The notes under the pieces: generated by a model | Databases searched by the model: none | What the model saw: the letters and a program-made list of their open reading frames with translations, nothing else | Told to the model about the DNA's origin: nothing | Assembly: GCA_963776275.1 (NCBI GenBank) | Contig: CAVZMI010000015.1 | Location: 1 to 64,000, forward strand | DNA length: 64,000 nucleotides | Source of the DNA: Ignavibacteriota bacterium | GTDB taxonomy: Bacteria; Bacteroidota; Ignavibacteria; UBA10030; CAVZMI01 | Direction of reading: 5' to 3' | Made by a program: the position numbers and the translations under genes | Part shown: positions 8,993 to 21,591 of the stretch, in pieces | Layout: every line of letters starts with the position of its first letter | Position numbering within the stretch: position 1 is the first letter of the stretch

Positions 8993-11632
8993 CTATTTTT
9001 TCTTTTTTTGAGTTGAGATTTCCTGTTTTTTCTCTTTTTCGTTCTTTTGACTTTTTGTCACCTTTTTTTCTACTTTCTTCGATTTAATGGTTTCAGCAGA
9101 TTTTGTCTTTCCTTCGTCGACCGGCATCTGTTTTTTCTCCGATCTTTGTAATGGCTGCTCGCTCTGTTTTGCGCTTACCTGCTCATCGATGAGCGTGTCC
9201 TCATGTTCTTCGGCCACAGCCGCGGCAACATCGGCAATAGCGTCTCCGCTGGAAAGACGGATCAATCTTACCCCCTGCGTATTTCTTCCGGCGATTCGGA
9301 TATCCGATGCATGCTGACGGATAACCATTCCCTGCTCGGTCACAATTACTATATCGTCACTATCGACAACTTCTTTTATGGCAATCATTTTACCCGTTTT
9401 CTGAGTTGTTTTTACGGTAATAATGCCTTTTCCACCTCGATGACTTGTGCGATACTCATCCGTCTCGCTCCGCTTCCCGAATCCCTGCTCCGTGGCTACA
9501 AGGATTGTCGTTCCGCTTCGCTTAAAAGCCACCGCACCAACAACCTTATCGCCCTTACGCAACCGTATTCCCCGAACGCCTGCTGCACTGCGTCCCATAT
9601 CTCTTATCTCTTTTTCATGGAACCGGATTGCCATACCTTCATGAGTACCGATGATGATGTCCTGTTTTCCATCGGTGAGTTTTACATCACGCAGATGATC
9701 ACTTCCCTTAAGGCTGATGGCAACGATACCTCCCTTTCGTGGATTGCTGAATTCCGATAACATCGTCTTCTTCACCAGACCCTTGTGGGTTACCATAAGA
9801 ATTGAATTGTCGGTCTCGAAGTTCTGTACGGCTACATAAGACATAATATTTTCTTCCGGCGCTTTGCCTATAAGGTGATTAATAAGTTTACCTTTGGCGG
9901 TTCGCCCCCCCTCCGGAATCTCAAATACTTTCAGCCAGTAACATCTCCCCCGATCTGTGAAGAAAAGTATGTAATTATGCGTACTGGCAATGAACATGTG
10001 CTCGATAAAATCATCCTCTTTTGTCGCGGCACCGGTCACGCCCTTCCCTCCACGCGATTGCCGGCGATATCCGGACACCGGGAACCGCTTGATAAATCCG
10101 TTGTGGCTGATTGTGATGACCACATCTTCTTCGGCGATCATATCCTCAATACGAAATTCTTCAAAGTCGTACACAATTTCCGTCCGTCGTTTATCGCCGT
10201 ATTTTTCTTTTAATGCGATTAGTTCATCACGGATAATTTGCATCTGAAGATCTTTGCTTTTCAAAATCGTATCGAGTTTTTCAATGAGTTTGATGGTCTC
10301 TCTGTATTCCTCTTCGATCTTTTGCCGTTCCAGTCCGGTCAACCGCTGTAATTTCATATCAAGAATTGCTTTTGCCTGGATCTCCGAGAGCTTGAACTTT
10401 TTCATCAACCCTATTTTTGCGGATTCAACGTCTTTCGATTTCTTGATGAGCCTGATGACGGCATCGATATCGTCGAGTGCTATAATGTATCCTTCCAGAA
10501 TATGCGCCCGCTTTTCGGCTTCATCCAGCTCATGTTTCGATCGCCTCACAACTACTTCATTGCGATGAGCAATGAATTTCTCCATCAATTCCTTCAATGT
10601 TAGGATCCTGGGACGCCCGTCAACCAGTGCAAGCATGATCACGCCGAAGGTTGTCTGCATTTGTGTATGCTTATAGAGGTTATTCAGCACTACCTCGGCG
10701 GTGGCTTCGCGCTTCAGTTCTACAACGACCCGCATGCCGTCACGATCCGATTCATCCCGGATATCCGAAATATCCTCTATCTTTTTCTCACGAACCAGCT
10801 CGGCGATTTTTTCTATCAGGCCCGCTTTATTCACCTGATAAGGAATTTCCGTGATGATGATATTCTGGCGGTCGCTCTTCGTTGTTTCAATTGTCGCCCG
10901 CGCACGAACAATAATCCGCCCACGGCCGGTTCTGTATGCATCCTTGACGCCATCATACCCGTAGATAATCCCGCCTGTCGGGAAATCCGGAGCCTTGACA
11001 AATCTCATTAATTTATCGTTCGTGATTTCCGGATCTTTAATCAATGCTATCAGACCGTCTATCACCTCGGCAAGATTGTGGGGAGGAATATTCGTTGTCA
11101 TCCCGACTGCAATACCGCTGGTACCGTTGACGATAAGATTCGGCAAGAGCGACGGAAGAACCGTGGGCTCTTTCAGCGTTTCATCGAAGTTCGGAGTGAA
11201 ATCAACTGTGTTCTTCTCAAGGTCTTTCAGCATCTCCTCAGCGATGCGCGAAAGCCGTGCTTCCGTATATCTCATTGCAGCCGGTGAATCACCGTCTACC
11301 GAGCCGAAGTTCCCCTGTCCGTCTACAAGTGGGTAACGAAGCGAGAATTCCTGCGCCATACGGACCATCGTATCGTATACTGCAGTATCGCCGTGGGGAT
11401 GGTATTTCCCGAGCACTTCTCCGACAATGCGCGCACTTTTTTTATAGGCGCGGTTGCTGGCGAGTCCAAGATCATTCATTCCATACAGAACGCGGCGGTG
11501 AACCGGTTTGAGTCCATCGCGTACATCCGGAAGCGCACGTGCCACAATGACCGACATCGAGTAATCGATGTACGATCCCTTCATTTCATCTTCTATATCG
11601 ACGGGTATTATTTTTTCATTCACAGTCGCCAT
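8993..11632 (-). CDS. gyrA: DNA gyrase subunit A
   Basis: [28 protein letters not shown], GyrA-box QSRGGKG and beta-pinwheel repeats. Confidence 0.98.
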   Translation of the reverse strand: MATVNEKIIPVDIEDEMKGSYIDYSMSVIVARALPDVRDGLKPVHRRVLYGMNDLGLASNRAYKKSARIVGEVLGKYHPHGDTAVYDTMVRMAQEFSLRYPLVDGQGNFGSVDGDSPAAMRYTEARLSRIAEEMLKDLEKNTVDFTPNFDETLKEPTVLPSLLPNLIVNGTSGIAVGMTTNIPPHNLAEVIDGLIALIKDPEITNDKLMRFVKAPDFPTGGIIYGYDGVKDAYRTGRGRIIVRARATIETTKSDRQNIIITEIPYQVNKAGLIEKIAELVREKKIEDISDIRDESDRDGMRVVVELKREATAEVVLNNLYKHTQMQTTFGVIMLALVDGRPRILTLKELMEKFIAHRNEVVVRRSKHELDEAEKRAHILEGYIIALDDIDAVIRLIKKSKDVESAKIGLMKKFKLSEIQAKAILDMKLQRLTGLERQKIEEEYRETIKLIEKLDTILKSKDLQMQIIRDELIALKEKYGDKRRTEIVYDFEEFRIEDMIAEEDVVITISHNGFIKRFPVSGYRRQSRGGKGVTGAATKEDDFIEHMFIASTHNYILFFTDRGRCYWLKVFEIPEGGRTAKGKLINHLIGKAPEENIMSYVAVQNFETDNSILMVTHKGLVKKTMLSEFSNPRKGGIVAISLKGSDHLRDVKLTDGKQDIIIGTHEGMAIRFHEKEIRDMGRSAAGVRGIRLRKGDKVVGAVAFKRSGTTILVATEQGFGKRSETDEYRTSHRGGKGIITVKTTQKTGKMIAIKEVVDSDDIVIVTEQGMVIRQHASDIRIAGRNTQGVRLIRLSSGDAIADVAAAVAEEHEDTLIDEQVSAKQSEQPLQRSEKKQMPVDEGKTKSAETIKSKKVEKKVTKSQKNEKEKKQEISTQKKKK

Positions 11633-11663
11633 ACAGGGTACGTCTTTCTGCTCCGGTGATTTT

Positions 11664-11848
11664 TCAATTCTTATTAATTTCTTTAAAAATTGCCGTTAAA
11701 TCATGCCCGACCGTTCCTGAAAAAGCATCGAGGCATTGTACAACCAATTTTTTATCAATAACAGTATTTCTATTCAATATTCCTTTCACGTCTTCTATGT
11801 CGCGTGGCCGTCCAGCGACTATTTAAGGATTGATTGTAATGTTTGCAT
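11664..11848 (-). pseudogene. Internally deleted nucleotidyltransferase (DUF6036-like) remnant
   Basis: Manual translation: MQTLQSILK, then a frame change to [61 protein letters not shown] is typical of the C-terminus of this family. Confidence 0.6.
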
Positions 11849-12035
11849 TTAGTATCCGGGTTAATTTTATATCATGCTCGATGCCATCGAGCAACCGCTC
11901 AGAAGTGAAAAGACCGAATTGCCGTGCAAGCTGGTACATAGATTCCAGCAGCTCAAACTTTTGCTCCAGAGTCAATGGATGCGTACGATTAAATTCCCTC
12001 TCGATTTATTCTACTTCCTCCCGGTTTTTTATCAT
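11823..12035 (-). pseudogene. Small putative partner (antitoxin-like) gene of the nucleotidyltransferase, with premature TAA at 12006-12008
   Basis: Manual translation MIKNREEVE*IEREFNRTHPLTLEQKFELLESMYQLARQFGLFTSERLLDGIEHDIKLTRILNANITINP*; overlaps the start of the downstream remnant. Confidence 0.6.
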
Positions 12036-12044
12036 TGTCTGCCT

Positions 12045-14348
<2,304 letters not shown>

Positions 14349-14362
<14 letters not shown>

Positions 14363-15476
14363 AGGATGCTGTTCCATTTATAACATTTATTTTTGTAATA
14401 TGACGCCCGACCAAGTCCCAACGTTCTATAAATGAATTCTCGGTCGTTGTAATAAATGTCTGTCCGAGTGTGGTAATCTGATCCATGAGACGTCTTGTTC
14501 GTTCTCCGTCAAGCTCGCTAAACACATCGTCCAGAAGCACAATCGGGGTTTCCCGGCACATATCTTTTAAAGAGCAGAATTCTGCCATTTTTAAGGCAAT
14601 CAGGAAGGTTTTGTGCTGCCCCTGTGAAGCATATTTCCGTATTTCCTGGCCGTTTAGCGTAAATCGTATTTCATCCCTCTGTGGCCCCACAAGTGTAGTT
14701 CCAATTCGCATCTCATCATCCAGCTTTTCATAAAGCTCCTTTTCAAGATGTGAACGGATCTCTTCAACGGATTTTCCATCACTGTGCGATATATACTCAA
14801 TCCGGGGAGTCTCTTCTGTACCGGTGAGTGTTTGATACGCCGTTACGACTCGTGTTGAGAACTGTTCAAGGAACAGTCTCCTGCGATGGATAATCCTGCT
14901 TGCATATTGTAAAAGAGACTCATTCCATACTTCTATATTTCCCGATACGGTGATATTCTGAGCTCGAGTATCGGCAAGGACTGCATTTCGTTGACGGATG
15001 ACTTTTCGATATTCCAAAATATCATTTAGATAGAGGTTGCTTGTCTGTGCAATTGCCAGATCAATGAATCGTCGTCTCTCAACAGGTCCTCCAAATGTTA
15101 TTACGGCGTGTTCAGGAGACAGAACGACAAGTGGAAATTGTCCTATGTGATTTGACTTTCTATCTATATGTACATTATTAACCGTCACATTTTTTTCATT
15201 TGTCACAGTTGTAAACTCAGCTCGGACGGTTGATTTATGGCCATTTTCTAACGTAAATATTCCCTGCACCGAAAACGACGTCTCCCCTATCATTATTATT
15301 GTAGTATCGCGGGCACCAAAAAAACTTTTTGTCAGGCACAGGTATGAAATCGCTTCGAGGATATTGGTTTTTCCCTCACCATTTTTACCAATAAGAATAT
15401 TACTCAGATGACAAAATTCTATTTCCGTGTCTCTATGGTTTCGAAAACACCTGAGGTGGATTGTCTCGGCCGTCAT
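14349..15476 (-). CDS. recF: DNA replication/repair protein RecF
   Basis: FRNH, GKNGEGKTNILEAI, GPQRDE, ASQGQ and LLDDVFSELD motifs. Confidence 0.96.
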
Positions 15477-15486
15477 GCGTTAACCG

Positions 15487-16602
15487 CTAGCTGTTCAATC
15501 GTATCGGCATGACCAGCATAAGAATGTCCTCCGACTCACGTTGTGTCAATGGTTGAACAATTGCGGCTCGTGTCGGGTTGCTGAATGTGAAAAGAACCTC
15601 ATCGCTGTCAGTGTGTGCAAGTAAATCAATTATATAATTCGCGTTAAATCCTATTTCCATTTCATCAGCCGAGTAATCGCACGGAATTTTTTCGTTTGCC
15701 TCACCGCCGAAGTCAATATCCTCTGCCGATATTCTTAGGTCTTCTTTACGTACCTGGAATCGAATCTGATGCGTTGTAGAACTTGAATAAAGTGCTACTC
15801 GACGTACCGATGCTATCAATCGTTCTTTTTCAACAACGAGTTTTTTATCGTTTTCCAGGGGTATGACGCTCTCATAATTTGGATACTTTTCCTGAACAAT
15901 TCTTGAAATTAGAACTGTATTCTCAAATGAAAAACATATATGCGACTCATTTAAAGAAATCGATGTCGTCCCATCTTCTGCAAATTTTGCAATGAGGTTT
16001 AACGCTTTTATCGGTATAATAACCTCTCTTGCTTGTTTCCCACCTGAAATTTTCTTTGTTATCATACGAACCAGTCGATGTCCATCTGTCGCTGCTGCAC
16101 ATACCTCCTGAGGTTTAATTTGCAGTAAAACACCCATCATTGCAGGCCGTAGTTCGTCTCCACTAACAGCAAATACCGTTTTTTGAATTAGCCGGCGAAA
16201 CATCTGATTTTCAAATATGATATGTTCACCCTCTTTAAATTCTGGTATTGTTGGAAATTCACTACTTACCTCACCTGTAAGTTTATATTCACCCGTTGAT
16301 GTAATCATTTTTACTTTATTGTTTGCAATCTCTGCAGTAAAGAGAATGGGGGTTTCAGATAGTGATCGTACTGTTTCCATTAATCTCTTTGCCGGAACGG
16401 CAATTTTTCCATCAATGTTTCCTTTAACCGAAATAGACACCGACATTGATACCTCGAGGTCGGTTGCTGTTACCTTTAATGTGTTTTCTGTTAATTCAAA
16501 TAAAACATTTTCGAGGATTGGAAGAGTAGATTTTGATGGAACAACATTATTGGTACGTAACAGCGCTTTCAAGAGATCCCCGGTTTCGACAGTGAATTTC
16601 AT
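15487..16602 (-). CDS. dnaN: DNA polymerase III beta clamp
   Basis: STLPILEN, ATDLE, ATDGHRL, YPNYESVIP and LVMPIRL motifs; ATG at 16602 with a GGAGG RBS. Confidence 0.97.
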   Translation of the reverse strand: MKFTVETGDLLKALLRTNNVVPSKSTLPILENVLFELTENTLKVTATDLEVSMSVSISVKGNIDGKIAVPAKRLMETVRSLSETPILFTAEIANNKVKMITSTGEYKLTGEVSSEFPTIPEFKEGEHIIFENQMFRRLIQKTVFAVSGDELRPAMMGVLLQIKPQEVCAAATDGHRLVRMITKKISGGKQAREVIIPIKALNLIAKFAEDGTTSISLNESHICFSFENTVLISRIVQEKYPNYESVIPLENDKKLVVEKERLIASVRRVALYSSSTTHQIRFQVRKEDLRISAEDIDFGGEANEKIPCDYSADEMEIGFNANYIIDLLAHTDSDEVLFTFSNPTRAAIVQPLTQRESEDILMLVMPIRLNS

Positions 16603-16699
16603 TCTATCCTCCACAGAGTAGGGTGGTGCGATTATCAATACAATATACAAAAATATAGAGGTATATTCAAGATGTGGGTTTTAGGTGATTTGATGTCTG

Positions 16700-16770
16700 G
16701 GTTATTAATTATAATTATTTATTTATATAAGTAGAATAATAATAATAAGGGTGTGAATATATTGAAAACA
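16700..16770 (-). promoter_or_regulatory. Candidate oriC DNA-unwinding element (DnaA box, GC spacer, DnaA-trio-like array, AT-rich tract)
   Basis: Minus strand reads ATATTCACA-CCC-TTATTATTATTATTCTACTTATATAAAT in the dnaA-dnaN spacer. Confidence 0.7.
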
Positions 16771-16960
16771 AAAAGTAAAGTGGTTGTAAAACCATAAAAA
16801 TGAATAGTTTAAGGGTCTAAAAAGCTAAATCATAATAGGAATAAGCAGTTAGTAAAACAGAAAAAACATGGATAACTTCTAAAAGAGGATAAGAATTACA
16901 GAGGAGAGAAGACATATACACATGGAAATAACTACAACGAACAGGATATCTACAAAGATA

Positions 16961-18400
16961 TTAACGTCCAACAAGTTCAATTTTCTTTTTTATCTGTTGA
17001 ATATGTGTCCTAAATTTTACATCTCCAGACATTTGGTCCTCTACGGTTTGATATGCATGAATTACCGTGCTGTGATCACGTCCACCAAAATGAAGGCCAA
17101 TTGTTTTTAGGGAAGAGTTTGTGAGTTCTTTTGATAGGTACATAGCAATCTGACGGGCATTTACTATTTCCTGCTTTCGAGTCTTTGCCCGGATAAGATC
17201 TTCTGCGATATCATAATATTCACAAACGACTCGCTGTATTTCTTCGATAGAAATATGCGTTTTAATTTCACCAACGACAATTTTTAATACATCACGTGCA
17301 AGATCAATATTAATCTCTTTATTTTCGAGCGATGACTTTGCAAGCAGACTAATAAGACATCCTTCTAGTTCCCGAATGTTTGATGTGACGTTAATTGCAA
17401 TAAATTCAATAACATCCTGGGGAAGCTCTATTCCATCATCTTCACTTTTTCTTTTAAGTATAGCAATTCGGGTTTCAAGATCCGGCGGCTGAATATCAGC
17501 GGTTAAACCCCATTGAAACCGGGATATTAATCTTTCATCAAGACCCTTTAATTCCTTGGGAGGTCGATCACTTGAAAGAATAATCTGTTTTCCAAGTTGG
17601 TGAAGAGCGTTAAAAGTATGAAAGAAACTATCCTGCGTTTTTTCTTTTCCGGTGAAAAATTGGATATCATCGACAATTAGAAGATCCATACTACGGTAAA
17701 AATTCGAAAATTCACTAATTTTATCGCTCTGAATTGCATCAACGAATTCGATGGTGAATTTCTCGCTTGAAACATATATAGTCCTCTGAGCCTTTTTGTT
17801 AATAAGGGCGTGATTTCCAATTGCCTGGATAAGATGTGTTTTACCTAGTCCGACACCGCCATAAATCATGAGAGGATTAAAAGATGTGCCACCGGGGTTA
17901 TTTGCAACAGCTAAGGCAGCGGCACGAGCCAGCTGATTGCTATCACCTTTGATGAAGTTATCGAAAAGATAACGCGGATTAAGGTAGCTCTGAAAAGGCG
18001 GCAGTTGATGTACACTGTTGATGGATGTAATCGTCTGTGGTGGTGATATCGATGGTATCGTTGGGACCTGAACCGGCCGAGTTTCCTCGAAGGTTATTGA
18101 TTTTTCAGGTTCTATTGTATAGATAAGCTTGATTGTAGTTCCAACAATATCTGTAAGTGATTTACTGATGAGCGAATAATAATGTTCTTCAAGCCATTCA
18201 TAAAAGAATTGACTTGGAACTCTAACAACAAGTTGGTTACCATCGAAATTTATAGGAGCAATCGGTTCGAACCACGTCTTGTAACTTTGACTGTTTACAT
18301 TGTTTCTAATGATCGACAGACATTCACTCCAGACTTTATCGGCAGCACTTATCTCGCGCTTGTTGTCCACATCGGTACGTGCAGAAGTCTCGGATTCCAT
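16961..18400 (-). CDS. dnaA: Chromosomal replication initiator DnaA
   Basis: NPLMIYGGVGLGKTHL, DDIQF, RLISRFQWGL, NIRELEG and FGGRDHSTVIHA motifs. Confidence 0.98.
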   Translation of the reverse strand: MESETSARTDVDNKREISAADKVWSECLSIIRNNVNSQSYKTWFEPIAPINFDGNQLVVRVPSQFFYEWLEEHYYSLISKSLTDIVGTTIKLIYTIEPEKSITFEETRPVQVPTIPSISPPQTITSINSVHQLPPFQSYLNPRYLFDNFIKGDSNQLARAAALAVANNPGGTSFNPLMIYGGVGLGKTHLIQAIGNHALINKKAQRTIYVSSEKFTIEFVDAIQSDKISEFSNFYRSMDLLIVDDIQFFTGKEKTQDSFFHTFNALHQLGKQIILSSDRPPKELKGLDERLISRFQWGLTADIQPPDLETRIAILKRKSEDDGIELPQDVIEFIAINVTSNIRELEGCLISLLAKSSLENKEINIDLARDVLKIVVGEIKTHISIEEIQRVVCEYYDIAEDLIRAKTRKQEIVNARQIAMYLSKELTNSSLKTIGLHFGGRDHSTVIHAYQTVEDQMSGDVKFRTHIQQIKKKIELVGR

Positions 18401-18419
18401 GTAAATTAAATAGGGAGAA

Positions 18420-18680
18420 TAAAAGTTATCAACAATAATTAACAGGTTTTTAACAATGTTACAAACTATCGCCCCGATTCCGAAGAAAAAACTTATGCGG
18501 TCATTGAGAAATGTTCACATGAGCACCTAGGGGATAAGTGCTTAAAAATCATAGTAAATAATATATATATAAGGGTCTGTTCACACATTTTCCACAATGG
18601 AATTATTGCGACAAAAATGTACAAAAATAATAAAAATTGAAATATCGTAATAGAAAAACTTGTCAACACATTATCAACAC
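18420..18680. promoter_or_regulatory. DnaA-box cluster upstream of dnaA (oriC1 / autoregulation)
   Basis: TTATCAACA at 18426 and 18671, TTTTCCACA at 18588, TTGTCAACA at 18660, CTGTTCACA at 18577, ATGTTCACA at 18511. Confidence 0.75.
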
Positions 18681-18850
18681 CCCGATTTCTATTTCTGCCT
18701 TGTATTATAATACAAAAAATTGCTGAGAGCAAGTGAAAAGATAAAAAGGTTTAAGAATTTTTTCTTGTCTTTAAGTATATATTTTTATAATTTAGTACAA
18801 CAGGGGAAAAATTAATGATATTGTAAAAAAGTCGAAGTATCGGAGTGTAT

Positions 18851-18997
18851 ATGAAGCGAACGTTTCAACCCAGCGGAAGAAAGAGAAGGAACAAGCACGG
18901 TTTTCGGGAAAGAATGAAGACAAAGAATGGTAAAAAAGTTCTAAACCGTCGAAGAGCAAAAGGCCGGCATAAACTTACCGTCAGCGACGAGAAATAA
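18851..18997 (+). CDS. rpmH: 50S ribosomal protein L34 (not in ORF track)
   Basis: Manual translation [48 protein letters not shown]. Confidence 0.98.
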   Translation: MKRTFQPSGRKRRNKHGFRERMKTKNGKKVLNRRRAKGRHKLTVSDEK

Positions 18998-19004
18998 ACG
19001 TGTA

Positions 19005-19415
19005 TTGATTGAAGTAACAGTGCGCCAGACATTAAAGAAATGTGAAATTCTTCGGGGACATGGTGCGTACAGAGATGTGCTTATGCGGGGTAATGTATAC
19101 ACGGGAAGTATATTAAAAATTTTTACTCTTCATGTGACAAACAAGGGAGAATATAGACACCAACCCCTGGTAGGATTTAGTGTCAGCAGAGCCCGATCGG
19201 CTATAGTACGAAACAGGATAAAGCGCTTAATGCGCGAAATTGTTCGAAGAAATAAAGAGTTCTTCTACCAATGTTGCAAACATGCTGATGTATCCCATCT
19301 TATCCTGATGTACTCTTCATCATCAAACCGTTCGGTAAATCGATCAGATCTCAGTTATCAGGAATTAGATAAAGAATTTCATATGCTTATGAAACAGTTA
19401 TCTCATCGGCAGTGA
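19005..19415 (+). CDS. rnpA: Ribonuclease P protein component
   Basis: VGFSVS...SAIVRNRIKRLMRE (RNR motif); rpmH-rnpA-yidD synteny; start codon uncertain. Confidence 0.88.
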   Translation: MIEVTVRQTLKKCEILRGHGAYRDVLMRGNVYTGSILKIFTLHVTNKGEYRHQPLVGFSVSRARSAIVRNRIKRLMREIVRRNKEFFYQCCKHADVSHLILMYSSSSNRSVNRSDLSYQELDKEFHMLMKQLSHRQ

Positions 19416-19425
19416 AACGCGAATT

Positions 19426-19635
19426 ATGAAAATCATCATGACAGATGTTATTAAACTGTATCAAAGATTTATTTCTCCGCTTTTTCCCGGCCGATGTCGT
19501 TTCTATCCTTCATGTTCCCAGTATGCACAACAGGCATATGAACATTACGGATTCTTCAGAGCGACTTATCTTGCCAGCATGCGAATTATTCGATGTCATC
19601 CTCTACATCTTGGTGGTTATGATCCACTTCCATAA
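19426..19635 (+). CDS. yidD: Membrane protein insertion efficiency factor
   Basis: YQRFISP, CRFYPSCSQY and RCHP...GGYDP motifs. Confidence 0.95.
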   Translation: MKIIMTDVIKLYQRFISPLFPGRCRFYPSCSQYAQQAYEHYGFFRATYLASMRIIRCHPLHLGGYDPLP

Positions 19636-19666
19636 ATCGATAGAATAAAAAGTCTAAGGAGATTGC

Positions 19667-21463
19667 ATGGATAAACAAGCAACAATCGGTTTTATTCTTA
19701 TCGGTTTAGTATTAATATTATGGATGTGGTTGGCAGTACCGCCACCTGTCCCGCAGCAGCAACAGCAGCAAAAAAAGACAGATTCAACAGGTCCGGTCTC
19801 ACCTCAACAATCCCAGATTACCAAATTACCTCAAGAAATACCGGTGAAAAAGGCTAATATTGATACTCTTGGAAAGTGGTTTTCCGATCTTCCATCAGGC
19901 AAAGAGTCATTAATCACCATAGAAACCGACCTTTATAGAGCAGTATTTTCGTCAAAAGGAGCCCTCCTTAAAGAGTGGACTTTAAAAAACTATAAAACAT
20001 GGAATGGCTATCCTGTTCAACTGATCGAATACAACACAGGAGGCGATTTAAGTCTTCTTTTCACAACGATGGATGGAAAGCTGTTGAATACCCGCTCGTT
20101 CTCATTCAGTATTGCAGGTGGTCCACGATCAATAACACTCTCAGATAATGAAGAATATACATTTGAGATGGTACTACAATTAAAAGGTGGACGAACAATC
20201 ACGAAAATATTCCATTGCAAAAATGGCTTGTATTCGTTCGATACAGATTTTCGATTGAACGGAATGAGCGATGTTATTTCGAATTTTGAGTATCAAATCG
20301 TATGGGAAAACGGATTGCGGCTGACAGAAGGTAATTCGGTTGACGAGGCCAACTATGCAGCATCGTATGCATTTATCGGCGGTGAACTAGTTGAAGTTAA
20401 TGCGACAGATTTTGACAAGGAGCATAAATCCGATCTTACCGGTTCATCAGATTGGGTCAGCATGCGGAACAAATACTTTGCATTGGCTATAATTCCCCGG
20501 AGCCTAAAGGGAACGGGAAGTTATCTTTACGGGACACGGACCCACGAACCAAATAATGGTGTAAAAGAAAAATATTCAATTGCACTTAAGTTACCTTACA
20601 GAGGGACGACGCAGGAAACTGTTACGGTTACGGTTTTTCTCGGACCGCTGGATTACAATTTGGTAAAAAGTTTTGGTGTCGAGCTGCAGAGAATCATGAG
20701 CTTCGGAATCGAATGGCTTGTCCGTCCTATATCGATTTACTTCATGCTTCCACTATTTAATTTCCTGAGGAGCTTCATACCTAATTACGGACTGGTAATC
20801 ATTGTTTTTACCCTGATTATCAGAATTCTTTTATATCCATTGATGCGGACTAGCATGAAATCGATGAAAAAAATGCAGCAGCTCCAGCCTTTGATGGAGG
20901 AAATTAAGACAAAGTATAAAGAAGAACCCGAGAAAATGAATCGGGAGGTTATGAAACTTTATAAAGACTATGGCGTTAATCCTGCCAGCGGTTGTCTTCC
21001 GTTATTGCTACAGCTTCCGATTCTTTATGCACTCTGGGCTGTTTTTAGCACAGCCATCAGTCTACGGCAGGCATCCTTTATCTGGTGGATAACAGATCTC
21101 TCAATTCCGGACGTAATCATGACTCTTCCTTTTACCATTCCGATTTTTGGTGGTAATCATATCAGCGGACTTGCCCTCTTTATGGGGATATCGATGTTCG
21201 TGCAGCAAAAGATGACAACAAAGGATCCAAGACAAAAAACCATGATATGGTTATTTCCAATTATGATGACGTTGATGTTTAATAATCTTCCATCCGGACT
21301 AAATCTTTACTACTCTGTCTTTAATGTTACCGCAATTATTCAACAATACTGGACAACCCATAAAGATGGTGAAGAGCCTTTGAGAAAAGTTGAATTAAAA
21401 AAGAAACGAGGAGGAATTTTTGCAAAACTTTCAAGTAATATACCATCGCCAAAGAATAAATAA
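19667..21463 (+). CDS. yidC: Membrane protein insertase YidC
   Basis: NYGLVII...IRILLYPL, SMKKMQ.LQP, GVNPASGCLP.LLQ.P, WITDLS.PD and PSGLNLYY motifs. Confidence 0.96.
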   Translation: MDKQATIGFILIGLVLILWMWLAVPPPVPQQQQQQKKTDSTGPVSPQQSQITKLPQEIPVKKANIDTLGKWFSDLPSGKESLITIETDLYRAVFSSKGALLKEWTLKNYKTWNGYPVQLIEYNTGGDLSLLFTTMDGKLLNTRSFSFSIAGGPRSITLSDNEEYTFEMVLQLKGGRTITKIFHCKNGLYSFDTDFRLNGMSDVISNFEYQIVWENGLRLTEGNSVDEANYAASYAFIGGELVEVNATDFDKEHKSDLTGSSDWVSMRNKYFALAIIPRSLKGTGSYLYGTRTHEPNNGVKEKYSIALKLPYRGTTQETVTVTVFLGPLDYNLVKSFGVELQRIMSFGIEWLVRPISIYFMLPLFNFLRSFIPNYGLVIIVFTLIIRILLYPLMRTSMKSMKKMQQLQPLMEEIKTKYKEEPEKMNREVMKLYKDYGVNPASGCLPLLLQLPILYALWAVFSTAISLRQASFIWWITDLSIPDVIMTLPFTIPIFGGNHISGLALFMGISMFVQQKMTTKDPRQKTMIWLFPIMMTLMFNNLPSGLNLYYSVFNVTAIIQQYWTTHKDGEEPLRKVELKKKRGGIFAKLSSNIPSPKNK

Positions 21464-21501
21464 TGTTATGAAATAATAAAGAATAGAGCCAAAGGTTCGG
21501 G

Positions 21502-21539
21502 AAAAGCTGCCCGCTTTCATTGCGAGGCAGTTTTTTTTT
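21502..21539 (+). terminator. Intrinsic terminator after yidC
   Basis: AAGCTGCC-CGC...GCG-A-GGCAGTT followed by a T-run. Confidence 0.75.
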
Positions 21540-21591
21540 CGTAGATTGTACGGGCATCTGAAAGAAAAGGCCAAATTAAGGAAGAAAAATT

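Noticed and set aside
18493-18732. 79-aa ORF upstream of dnaA (and 16922-17110)
   Set aside because: It lies over the AT-rich DnaA-box region and has no RBS or recognisable motif.
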